The notes below the pieces were generated by a model that saw only the letters and a list, made by a program, of their open reading frames with translations, was not told the DNA's origin and did not search any database. Below are positions 45,711-55,140 of a stretch of DNA of 64,000 bases, in pieces. The DNA is from Candidatus Bathyarchaeota archaeon (GTDB lineage Archaea; Thermoproteota; Bathyarchaeia; Bathyarchaeales; Bathycorpusculaceae). The stretch's first letter is position 1; the number at the start of each line of letters is the position of its first letter. The stretch is taken from contig OY970280.1 of the NCBI GenBank assembly GCA_963715865.1, forward strand, positions 736,001-800,000, written 5' to 3'. The translations under genes were made by a program, and so were the position numbers.

Positions 45711-46091
45711 TCACGGATTGGTAGGTTGCCATTTTGTAAAATAGAGTTTATCTCCTTCCTTGAAGGCGCGGATTAATTCACAGTGTCGAAGAATCGCAAA
45801 TTGCTGCTCTAACTCTTCAGGTTTTATCTTAACCACCGTCAATAGTTCTTCTTTAGTGATTTTTCCGTGCTCCCCAATTGTGCGGTAAATCTTCTCCTGT
45901 AGCTCGGTTAGGCCAGAGGCACCTGTTTGGCCCAACTGTTTTCGGACGGACAAAGCTGATGCCACCGCCATAGGATCACAAGCTTTAGGTGGGTTTGTCA
46001 CGTAAATGTAACAATCTTCACATAAGATTTTTCCGTGAAAATCATAACTTTCTCCTTCTTTAAGAAGTAAACCGCAACGCTCACATTGCAT
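45711..46091 (-). CDS. Zn-finger + winged-helix hypothetical protein
   Basis: CERC...LCEDC, KACDPMAV, then LTELQEKIY..I.EHGKIT..EL...LRHCELIRA. Confidence 0.75.
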   Translation of the reverse strand: MQCERCGLLLKEGESYDFHGKILCEDCYIYVTNPPKACDPMAVASALSVRKQLGQTGASGLTELQEKIYRTIGEHGKITKEELLTVVKIKPEELEQQFAILRHCELIRAFKEGDKLYFTKWQPTNP

Positions 46092-46224
46092 GACCCATAA
46101 ACCCTCTGACGTTATTTACGGTTTCCATGTATATTTCAATTGTTATCCATCATCAAAAAATTCAACACTTTTGCTTTGTGTTGTAAACAGTTAGGTTATA
46201 CTAAGCGCAACCATGCACATTCAG

Positions 46225-48642
46225 CTATGGTAACAATCTTGTTTTCAACTGGTCATTTAATACAATACCGAAAGCAAAGAACCATGCTAATGCTATAACA
46301 ACGTAAATCGCGGGTATTGGAGCCAATCCCGGTATGCCGACAATTGAAATCAGCGAGGAGATAACTATATCTACTATAACTGCTGTTAAGAGAGGTTTGC
46401 TTGGTTTTGACTTATAGAAGTTACCTCTCTCTCGCACCACAAATATGGTAAACAACCCTCCGAACAATAACATGTCAAAGACGAACGTGTTTAGCTGAGC
46501 AATGTTAGACAGTTCCAAGTATGATAACCCTAAATAGAGGAGACCGAGGGATTCAGCAACAATAAAAATGCCCAGCATGATGGATGCCTTTACCAAGGCA
46601 GTGATATTCCAAGTCTCAGGCTTTTCTGATGGCCTCACGTTGTCAGTGGCAAGTGAAATCGTAACAAAGTCCACCAAGAACAAAAGCAAAACAACTTGAA
46701 AAGCATCTACAACAAATAGTCCAGTCAAAAGGAAAGCTAAGACCACAAATAGCACTATTTGGAATGTTTTAACTACTTTGTTAAGTATCCACGTCACAAT
46801 TCTCTGATAAATCATTCTCCCAGTCGTAACGAGGTCTAGAATGTTGGTTAGTCCAGGTTCTGTTAAAACTACACTTGCCGCACCTTTTGCGACATCGGTT
46901 GCGTTGCTTACCGCTATTCCGACTTCTGCCTGTTTTAGCGCCGCGGCATCGTTTATGCCGTCTCCAGTCATTCCAACTACATGTAGGTTAGCCTGTAAGC
47001 CTCTGACTATTTGATACTTACCAGCGGGGTAAATTTCTGCGAAGCCATCGCTTTTTTCAACAATTTCCGTAGCCACTAGGGCATCTTTGTTTGCTGTTTC
47101 TTTTATGTCAGGCGTGCGTGTTATTTTATCACCTAAATGTATTTCTTGGGCTATTTGTTTTGCAATCGGTAACGCGTCTCCAGTCAGCATTTTGATGGAT
47201 ATTCCTAACGCTCGAAGTTTATCTATCATTTTTGCAGAGTCAGGTCTTGGTTTATCATAGAGCGCCACTAACCCAACGAGACCCATTTTTGACTCTTCGC
47301 GGCTTACTGCAACAGCTATAATTCTGTATCCCTTGTTGGCGAAAGCGTCCATTTTTGCCTCAAGATCAGCAAGTTCTTTTCCTTCAATTTCGCACAATGG
47401 CGCTATTGCAGAGACTGCTCCTTTAGCAACTCTTAATTTCCCACCCTGCTTCTCTACAATTGCCTCTGTTCTTCGAGTAGAAGGGTCAAAGGGCATGAAT
47501 TCCTTTTGAATGTAACCATCTAACGGTATGTTTCTTTCATGAGCTGCCGCTAAGAAAGCCATGTCAATGGGGTCTTGGTTTGCTTTTTGTGAGGCTAAGG
47601 CGCCAAACAGCAGGGCGTCATCTTTTTTATAGTTGTTAATTTCCAGTACGTCTGCTACGGTTAGCATGTTTAAGGTGAGCGTTCCTGTTTTGTCAACGCA
47701 TAGAACATCCATGAGGGCGGCGTCTTCAGAGGCGCTGAGTCGAGTAACTAAGACCCCTTTCTTTGCGAGTTCTAATGAGCCTAGCGCCATTGTAATCGTG
47801 AACATGGTGGGCAATGCGACGGGTATTGCTGATACAAGCAATATTAGCGCCAGCGACAACATATCCAGGAGATTTATGCCGCGTATCCATGATACAGCGA
47901 AAGCTACGAGAAGTAGGGAGACAACCAAAATTAGAAGCCACTTCATTAATCCTGTGATGACCGCTTCCATGTGGAGCCTAGGTTTGGCTAGTTGGACGAG
48001 CTGGGCTGTTTTTCCAAAATAGGTGTGTATTCCAGTGGATGTTACCACGCTTGTGGCTTCTCCCTTTCGTATTATGGAACCAGAGTAAATGATTTCGCCC
48101 TTTTTCTTTTCAAGGGGCATGGATTCTCCAGTGATAGCTGATTGGTCTACGGTGACTTCTGCATCTATTATTTTGAGGTCAGCGGGAACAAAATCACCTG
48201 ACCTTACTCTAATAATATCGCCAGGAACTAAATCGGCGGCTGATATGGTTGACCACGTTTTGTCTCTCAGGACTCTTGTTTGCAGTTGCAGTTTTTGCTT
48301 GAGCGCTTTGACTGCTCTTGTTGCTTGCTGTTCTTGAGCAAACCCTAAAATGGCATTTACAAGCAGTAGTGCGGTTATTATGTAGAGGTCTAAGTATTTG
48401 CCTAAAACGAACGAGAGTACTATTGCTATTTCAAGCATCCAAGCTGTTAAACCCCAGAAACGTTTTAGAAATCCAATTAAGGGATTTTGCCGTTTTTCTG
48501 CTACTTCATTGCGGCCATACTGGTCTATTCTTCGTTTCGCTTCAATGTCGGTTAAACCTGTAACTGGATCAGCTTGTAATTGCTTCAGAGTTTCATCGAC
48601 GGGGAGAGCAGCAAAGCTATCTGAGCTTCTTTTTTCTTCCAT
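46225..48642 (-). CDS. P-type H+-ATPase (P3A, plasma-membrane proton-efflux type)
   Basis: TGES, SAIPVALP, DKTGTLT, KGA, MLTGD, GDGINDAAALK, LVD.VT.SLA.D. Confidence 0.93.
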   Translation of the reverse strand: MEEKRSSDSFAALPVDETLKQLQADPVTGLTDIEAKRRIDQYGRNEVAEKRQNPLIGFLKRFWGLTAWMLEIAIVLSFVLGKYLDLYIITALLLVNAILGFAQEQQATRAVKALKQKLQLQTRVLRDKTWSTISAADLVPGDIIRVRSGDFVPADLKIIDAEVTVDQSAITGESMPLEKKKGEIIYSGSIIRKGEATSVVTSTGIHTYFGKTAQLVQLAKPRLHMEAVITGLMKWLLILVVSLLLVAFAVSWIRGINLLDMLSLALILLVSAIPVALPTMFTITMALGSLELAKKGVLVTRLSASEDAALMDVLCVDKTGTLTLNMLTVADVLEINNYKKDDALLFGALASQKANQDPIDMAFLAAAHERNIPLDGYIQKEFMPFDPSTRRTEAIVEKQGGKLRVAKGAVSAIAPLCEIEGKELADLEAKMDAFANKGYRIIAVAVSREESKMGLVGLVALYDKPRPDSAKMIDKLRALGISIKMLTGDALPIAKQIAQEIHLGDKITRTPDIKETANKDALVATEIVEKSDGFAEIYPAGKYQIVRGLQANLHVVGMTGDGINDAAALKQAEVGIAVSNATDVAKGAASVVLTEPGLTNILDLVTTGRMIYQRIVTWILNKVVKTFQIVLFVVLAFLLTGLFVVDAFQVVLLLFLVDFVTISLATDNVRPSEKPETWNITALVKASIMLGIFIVAESLGLLYLGLSYLELSNIAQLNTFVFDMLLFGGLFTIFVVRERGNFYKSKPSKPLLTAVIVDIVISSLISIVGIPGLAPIPAIYVVIALAWFFAFGIVLNDQLKTRLLP

Positions 48643-48843
48643 TTAGACATATTCACCATAGAGCTAATAATGAATTAATTTACGGTAGTTATTATCAAAG
48701 AAAACACCTGCTCTATAAAGCTCTGATGTAATTTTTTGTTGGTCAGGAGAAGCTTTGCAGTAAATTGTTTTAGCAATCATTAACAATTTTCGGTAAATAC
48801 TTTAATAGTCACGCAACAAAAAAGGGCAACATAAGTTAAGGTT

Positions 48844-49068
48844 ATGAATGTTGGCTGGAGAGACTGGAGTAAAAGCGATATTATCTATGGAATTGTTGTT
48901 CCTGTTATCGTGGTTTTAGTGATTGTTGGTCTCTCTAGGGTAAGTTCCATTGTAGGGTTTAGCTTTTCTGGCTCTTCTGGCATCATAATAGGAATCATCA
49001 TGGAGCTTGAAGAGTTGACTGTTATTGCTGTAGTTCCGCTTTTGCTTGGGTTGATTTGGAACCTTTAA
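48844..49068 (+). CDS. Small membrane protein, possibly truncated
   Basis: Hydrophobic ORF ending abruptly at PLLLGLIWNL. Confidence 0.45.
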   Translation: MNVGWRDWSKSDIIYGIVVPVIVVLVIVGLSRVSSIVGFSFSGSSGIIIGIIMELEELTVIAVVPLLLGLIWNL

Positions 49069-49144
49069 GCAGGCTACGTCTAGCACTGTTGTGTTCCAAA
49101 AGAGTTATTACTTTATTAAAGATGATAAGAATTGGGGAAGGAGG

Positions 49145-49318
49145 ATGGATGAGGAAAGGCTAGTGGGCACTAGCCAATTTGTTTGTGATCATGAAAAACA
49201 AAGATTATACACGCAAAAATGCTTTGACATACTCAATGGTTTTGAGTTGACTTTTACTCGATGCATTAACTGCCACAAAATTATTAGTTTAGAAGCAAAG
49301 AAACTTGCAAATCACTAA
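49145..49318 (+). CDS. Small Zn-ribbon-like protein
   Basis: GGAGG before ATG 49145; CDH...RCINCHK. Confidence 0.55.
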   Translation: MDEERLVGTSQFVCDHEKQRLYTQKCFDILNGFELTFTRCINCHKIISLEAKKLANH

Positions 49319-49332
49319 ATTCTTAGCTGTGT

Positions 49333-49740
49333 TTACTGGCTTTTGGCATAAAGATAAAGCGGCCCCTCTTGTAGCAAATCCAAAACCCGCTGCGTTTGAG
49401 TAGTAGATAACTTACATGTTTTAGGCTCGTTTAGAAACGGAAGCTTTTCAGGTGCATTTTGAATTATATGAAGGTCTTCCCAATTTACCTTGATATCTTC
49501 AGACGGTATGTGGTCATCAACATCCATAACCCAAGTGCCAGCATCCAATTCATCTCCGCCTTCAGTTAAAGCTGTAAAGGGTCCAAGCAGACTCTTATCA
49601 TCAACGTTATAGAGGAAAATTACTGAACCCTCCTTAATTTCAGTGGGCTTGGTTTTCTTATCTGCGCAAGTGTAACGTTGCCTGCTGAGACATAGCTGCC
49701 GAGATGGCGTATTGCAAAAAAGAACGTATCCTTCATACAT
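49333..49740 (-). CDS. DCD (development and cell death)-like / PUA-EVE superfamily domain protein
   Basis: GYVLFCN....CL......IKEGSVIFLYNVD.K.LLGPF.A..EGG..LD..W. Confidence 0.65.
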   Translation of the reverse strand: MYEGYVLFCNTPSRQLCLSRQRYTCADKKTKPTEIKEGSVIFLYNVDDKSLLGPFTALTEGGDELDAGTWVMDVDDHIPSEDIKVNWEDLHIIQNAPEKLPFLNEPKTCKLSTTQTQRVLDLLQEGPLYLYAKSQ

Positions 49741-49954
49741 AACTCTATAGAACCTTCTTCTAGTTGTAAGTCTCTCGGCGTTTATTTCCTTTTTCTTTTT
49801 CCATAAACCATTAACAAGATTAATACACATGTTGGTTCTGCACTGAATCCACAAGGATATTTATTTTTGATAAACTCTTATGAACAAAGCACAGCTTACC
49901 TCAATTGTTTACTTTTTCTCTAATCAAGCTAAAAAGAGCCTCTAAGTTTAGAGA

Positions 49955-51255
49955 TTGACAAAAATGGTTAAGAAAACACGTGTTCTCAAGGCTTCATATT
50001 TCGCAGTAATCTTATTTTTAACAATAGTTATGCTGCTCGCAGCAGAAACACATGTAGAAAGTTTTGTTAATTATAAACTGCCAACCCACATTACCCTATA
50101 CTACAATACCCTAAACACAATACACGCAGATAATGGCAAACAAGGAAACAACATCGGTTTCACGGTTTTAGCTGACCAAGAGCAAGCACCATTGGATGAT
50201 CCAACTCCCACTCCAACGCCAACTTCAACCCCTACTCCGACCCCTTCACCAACTCCGACCCCAAGTCCAACACCCAGCCCTACGCCAACACCAACGCCGT
50301 CTCCAACGCCATCACCGACGCCTACACCTACGCCAACTCCAACGCCAAGCCCTACTCCGAGCCCAACCCCTACACCAACGCCCACGCCATCGCCAACGCC
50401 CACTCCTACGCCTTCACCATCACCAACCCCTACACCAACTCCAACGCCCACTCCTACACCAACTCCGACTCCAACAGCCACCCCAAGACCATCGCCAACA
50501 CCAACCCCTAACCCAACGCCCACACCAACACCTGCTCCTTCAGCGACATTGTCGAATGGTTATGTAGCTCCATTATCAGGAACCACCGCTACAAACTTCT
50601 CCTATTATGTCAATTACTATGACCCGAGTGGAGCGAGTCCTTCCTTGCCATACGTTATCATCGATAACACGCCTCATTCGATGACTGTCTACAGCGGTTC
50701 TGGCTCTAACGGTATCTACCGCTATTCAACAACTCTTTCCCTAGCTCCCATACATACTACTTCATGTTCACAAGCAGTTCATCAGGCCAAATAACGGCAC
50801 TAGGTTGGCCACTTCAGTTTTCAGGTCCAACCGTAACAGGGCCTGAGCCGTCCCCTAGTCCAACACCAACAGCCATGCCTACCCCGACGCCTTCGCCATC
50901 ACCTTCACCAACCGCTACGCCAACGCCAACTGATTCACCAACGCCCCAACCAACACAGAACCCAACACCCACACCTCAACAAGCTAATCCTATGACCACA
51001 CCCACCCCCACTAATTCACCTTCGCCCAGTCCTTCGCCATCGCCAACGCCTGAACCTACACCACCTCAAACAACAAGTCCTTTGCCTACCCCGACTGCTA
51101 TCATCAACCCAAACGAATTTTATGCAAGCAGCAGTACCTTTCCTCTATGGGCAGTAGCTGCCGCAGCCATTATTGGGGTCACATTATTGGCAACGTTTTT
51201 GATTGGGAAAAACCAACAGTCCACGGAATCGGCAGATGATTTTAATTACGAATAA
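49955..51255 (+). pseudogene. Pro/Thr-rich surface protein split by a 1-nt deletion near 50744 (or sequencing error)
   Basis: Adding one G (cta gGc tcc) gives ..[19 protein letters not shown].. and joins ORFs 49955-50794 and 50764-51255 into signal + PT linker + beta domain + PT linker + TM. Confidence 0.75.
50201..50538 (+). repeat. Low-complexity (PT/PS)n coding repeat; second block about 50866-51095
   Basis: Degenerate CCN-ACN hexamer tandem array. Confidence 0.9.
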
Positions 51256-51318
51256 TGCCCTAACAATGCAGGATTTAGAAAATTATTAAAGCTAGATTTG
51301 ATTGCTAACTCGTATTAG

Positions 51319-52710
51319 GTGGAATGCGCTTTCAAGGCTCTTTCAGTAGCAAAATTCGGCGGCAGCCTCTTAGACGCAGAAGGCAAAGGAATCCCAAAAA
51401 TCATAAAACGAATAAAAGAAATCAACGAAAAAGACCGATTTGGTCCAATCGTTGTTTTTTCAGCGCCTACGGGCTGCACTGACGCGCTTATAGGGATAGG
51501 TGAATCCTATGCGCGGTCAACACCGCTTCCTCTGGAGCCTGTTTTTGAAGTTTATGGACGAATTGCGAAGGCTCACGTTAAAGGCAAATGGCATGAGCAA
51601 GCGGTAAATGAATTGGCTAATTACAAGGCGTTAACAAAGGCTACTCTTGACTCGGTTAATAAACGTTTCAGCGGCAACATTAAAGCAAGAATCCTCACTT
51701 TAGGTGGAGAACTCGCAATGTCCACCTTGGGAGATTACATTTTGAAAAGCCACGGCTTAGATTCCTGCTGCGTATCGCTGCAAGATTGGCCCATTGTAAC
51801 TGACGACAATTTTGAGGATGCCATGCCGAATTACGAGTTAAGCAAAAAAAGAATTCACACATTAATCGAACCGCTGGAAGACGGCAAAATAGTTTCTTTA
51901 GCAGGCTTCTTAGGGGTTACAGCTGATGGTCTTGAAACCATATTGGGAAGAGGCGGTTCGGATTTAACGGCAGTTTTCACTTCCTGCCTCTTGAAAGATC
52001 TGTACAATACTGAAACACTATTGTACAAAGATTTACCAGTACAAAGCGCTGACCCGAAAGTGGTGCGTGGACAGAAGACTGAGTATGTTAAAGCGCTTAC
52101 TTATAATGAGGCTCATAAAGCTTCAATGATGGGTATGAAAATAGTGCAGAGCCCTGCAATAGCCATGGCCAGACGCTTCATGCAACCCTTGATGGTGGTG
52201 CCAATCGACGAGCCTGAAATGTACTCGGTAATTGAGTCTGAAACAAGCGGAGGAGAAATAGTGAAATGCTTAACAGGCAAATCCGGCTGCGCAATTCTAT
52301 CAATGAATGACGAGAAAAGCAGGTCACTGGAAGATTCCTTGAGAATATGGGAAAGAAGAAACGACTTCATGGATTTAGGCGCCGAAACTATGGAGACAGG
52401 TGAAAGGATCCGCGATTTCCTCTTCTTAGACTCAGACTTCTTAAAGAAAAACGAGGAAAAACTAAAGGGCTTTGACGAAAACATGAAGGTAGAATACGGC
52501 TTAGGCGTAGTCACCCTCATCGGCGACAGAATGAAGGATTCGCCAGGCGTAGCTTCATTAGCCATCAGCGCAATATCAGGCATTAACATTAAACGCGGCA
52601 TCTTTGCTCCTCACACCTCACAAATAATACTTGTGGTTGAAGAAAAGAATGTTAACGCAACCGTTGCAGCCATCCACCTAAAGAAACAAGAAATGAACAA
52701 GATACACTAA
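51319..52710 (+). CDS. lysC: Aspartate kinase
   Basis: VAKFGGS, VVFSA, LGRGGSDLTA, ADPK, C-terminal ACT domain. Confidence 0.9.
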   Translation: MECAFKALSVAKFGGSLLDAEGKGIPKIIKRIKEINEKDRFGPIVVFSAPTGCTDALIGIGESYARSTPLPLEPVFEVYGRIAKAHVKGKWHEQAVNELANYKALTKATLDSVNKRFSGNIKARILTLGGELAMSTLGDYILKSHGLDSCCVSLQDWPIVTDDNFEDAMPNYELSKKRIHTLIEPLEDGKIVSLAGFLGVTADGLETILGRGGSDLTAVFTSCLLKDLYNTETLLYKDLPVQSADPKVVRGQKTEYVKALTYNEAHKASMMGMKIVQSPAIAMARRFMQPLMVVPIDEPEMYSVIESETSGGEIVKCLTGKSGCAILSMNDEKSRSLEDSLRIWERRNDFMDLGAETMETGERIRDFLFLDSDFLKKNEEKLKGFDENMKVEYGLGVVTLIGDRMKDSPGVASLAISAISGINIKRGIFAPHTSQIILVVEEKNVNATVAAIHLKKQEMNKIH

Positions 52711-53195
52711 CCACAAGTTCATTTTGCCTTCAAATAAGTGGAGCCATATTTTTTCACGCGCTATTTTCTAAACGTCAAGGAAGCAACAGAAAGGAAAAAT
52801 GTTTAACTTTTTAGGTAACTATTCAATTTCGAAGAGTTTTTTATCGATTTTATAACCCAATAACATCCAATTAACATCAAAACACCCTTTTTACTCCTCA
52901 TCAAACATTAAAAAGTCATCATCCAACCAGCTTGCGTTTCTTAACACCAACAGCAATCGCATGGAACAGCGCACGACCGCAGTTGACTAGTGAACCTAGC
53001 GTATTGTATAGATAAAAACGGTTGTTGAAATAGAAAAAAAGAGTTTTCTTCTAGAGAATATTATTTATATATCCATTATGTAAACACTGTTTAAGCAAGT
53101 GCTCTGGGGAGAGAGCGAGGCCAAAGGGAGAAGGTGTAACCAGCATATCAACTAAGGTTCTTATCCGCTCCTGTCAGGGAGGGAATTGAATAGAG

Positions 53196-53582
53196 ATGGT
53201 TATGGACCAAAAAGCATTAGTTGACGAACTTAAAACAGAATGGAAAAAACTCTGGCAAGAAAGAGTCGATGACAAAGTCCGGGCCGAAGGCATAGCCATC
53301 CACGACTATTCAATGCTATATGTTGATGGAGGAACAATCATCCATGCAACAAGAGACTACAAAGGATTAAACTTCAAAGACATCTTACAACAACACCAAA
53401 TAGAAAACGCCGAAAGATACATTCCTCCAAGCCAGGCAGTCGGAGGATGGAATAAATTTGTCAAAACTCAAATCACAAAACAGCAGCCCCACAAAAAGAA
53501 GCGCGCTGAGGTTTACCTCGCTGAGAAAACTGAAAAGAGACGGCAGCCTAAAAAAGGCGGCAGAGGCTGGCTCCACAAATAG
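53196..53582 (+). CDS. Hypothetical protein
   Basis: Clean ORF with RBS-like context and a T-tract after the stop. Confidence 0.65.
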   Translation: MVMDQKALVDELKTEWKKLWQERVDDKVRAEGIAIHDYSMLYVDGGTIIHATRDYKGLNFKDILQQHQIENAERYIPPSQAVGGWNKFVKTQITKQQPHKKKRAEVYLAEKTEKRRQPKKGGRGWLHK

Positions 53583-53671
53583 TTTTTTTTCAATAGCTAA
53601 CTAAAAATTAACCATCAACATTCGCAACCATTTCAATATTCACGTTATTTGAAGTTATTGAGGAATTCATC

Positions 53672-53971
53672 TTGGCCAATTATAGGCGAAAACTAGACAT
53701 AATAGCTGATATACTTCAAGTTGCCAGTTCAGATGCCAAAAAAACGCATATAATGTTCAAAGCCAACTTGAGCTATAAAGTCTTAACCAGATACTTATCT
53801 GAAACTCTCGAAGCATCACTAATAAGCTTTGAGCATGAAAGGCAATGTTACGTATTGACCCCTAAAGGCGTCGATTTCCTAGCGACGTACAAATCATATA
53901 GCCGTAGCAGCAAACATGTTAAAGACACAAAGATGTTCTTGGAGAACCTTTGCCAAACAAAGGATTTGTGA
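53672..53971 (+). CDS. Winged-helix regulator (ArnR1-like)
   Basis: RRKLDIIADIL....KKTHIMFKANLSY....YL..L......YVLTPKG. Confidence 0.85.
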   Translation: MANYRRKLDIIADILQVASSDAKKTHIMFKANLSYKVLTRYLSETLEASLISFEHERQCYVLTPKGVDFLATYKSYSRSSKHVKDTKMFLENLCQTKDL

Positions 53972-54033
53972 GCAAGCAAAAAAGTGTTTTCTTGGAAAAT
54001 GGAGAATTTTCCAATCAAGCTTAGATTGAAGGA

Positions 54034-54783
54034 ATGTCTTTAATGCAAGATCCAAACTTAAAATATCAGTCTATAAGTGTAATTGTTCCTGCTCATAACG
54101 AAGAGGCAACTATTGCAGAAACAATCATCCGACTTTCTAGATTACAAAAAGAGTTACCAGACATGGAAATAATCGTTGTTGATGATGGATCAACAGATAA
54201 TACCCAACAAAAAGTGCAATCCTTTAGCAACGTCATCTACATTAGGCATGCTAAAAACGAAGGTAAAGGCGCAGCTTTGGCTACAGGCATCAAAGCCTCA
54301 TCGGGAGAAGTCATCGTAGTTCAAGACGCAGATTTAGAATATTTTCCAGAAAAAATCCCAGAGCTTGTAAAACCAATTCTCGCTCAAGAGGCTGATGTCA
54401 TTTATGGAACCCGTGTTTCAAAAGGAATCCCAGAAGGAATGAGCTCTTCTCACTATGTTGGCAATAGGCTCCTTTCTCTTGCTACAACTATGATGTACGG
54501 TGTTAAACTTACCGATGTCATGACTGGATATAAGGCTTTTAGACGAAAAGTCGTTAACCCTTGCGGATTAGAAAGTAAAGGCTTTGATGTAGAAGTAGAG
54601 TTGACTGTCTTAGCTTTGTGTAATGGCTGGAGGTTTAAAGAAATTCCACTAGAATATCGCTACCGTCAAAGAGGTACTTCAAAGATTCGCTTCAAAGACG
54701 GCTTCACATGTTTACGGCAACTTTTTTTGGGGCGGTTTGAATACTCATACTTGTCATTTGTTGAAAACTTGACGAAAAAATAA
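54034..54783 (+). CDS. GT2 glycosyltransferase (DPM1-like)
   Basis: IVPAHNEE, VDDGSTD, NEGKGAA, QDADLEY, TDVMTGYKAFRR. Confidence 0.92.
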   Translation: MSLMQDPNLKYQSISVIVPAHNEEATIAETIIRLSRLQKELPDMEIIVVDDGSTDNTQQKVQSFSNVIYIRHAKNEGKGAALATGIKASSGEVIVVQDADLEYFPEKIPELVKPILAQEADVIYGTRVSKGIPEGMSSSHYVGNRLLSLATTMMYGVKLTDVMTGYKAFRRKVVNPCGLESKGFDVEVELTVLALCNGWRFKEIPLEYRYRQRGTSKIRFKDGFTCLRQLFLGRFEYSYLSFVENLTKK

Positions 54784-54880
54784 TGGTTTTAGCTTGATTA
54801 ATACGTATTACTAAAGCTGAGTGTTTTTTAAATAAAATAAATTCTTTTAATATCAAATCCATTTTCAAACAAATAACAAA

Positions 54881-55018
54881 ATGGTCTACACATCTAAAGT
54901 GGTACTCGCCATAGGAGCTCACCCCTATGACATAGAATCAGGCTGCCGAGGAACACTATGCCAAGTAGCTAAAAACGGCGCCAAAATCATGGTTCAACTT
55001 TTTTCAAGCCTTTTCTAA
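54881..55018 (+). pseudogene. Truncated PIG-L/LmbE deacetylase relic
   Basis: MVYTSKVVLAIGAHPYDIESGCRGTLCQVAKNGAKI..*: canonical AHPDD is AHPYD, and the ORF stops after 45 codons. Confidence 0.7.
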
Positions 55019-55140
55019 GCAGGTTTGCCTTGATACGCAAACGATGATACTATTACAAAAGACTTTTCTATCAGCCTCACCTGACGCCGAATATGCAATC
55101 TATTCCTTGATAAAAACTAAGCATGCGGAATGAAGCATAA

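Noticed and set aside
50101-50567. ORFs 50101-50523 (GV repeat) and 50196-50567 (Q/L/R/H repeat)
   Set aside because: Shadow frames of the PT-encoding repeat.
50201-51095. Repeat array as CRISPR
   Set aside because: Degenerate hexamer coding repeat with no spacers; no cas genes or CRISPR array seen anywhere in the window.
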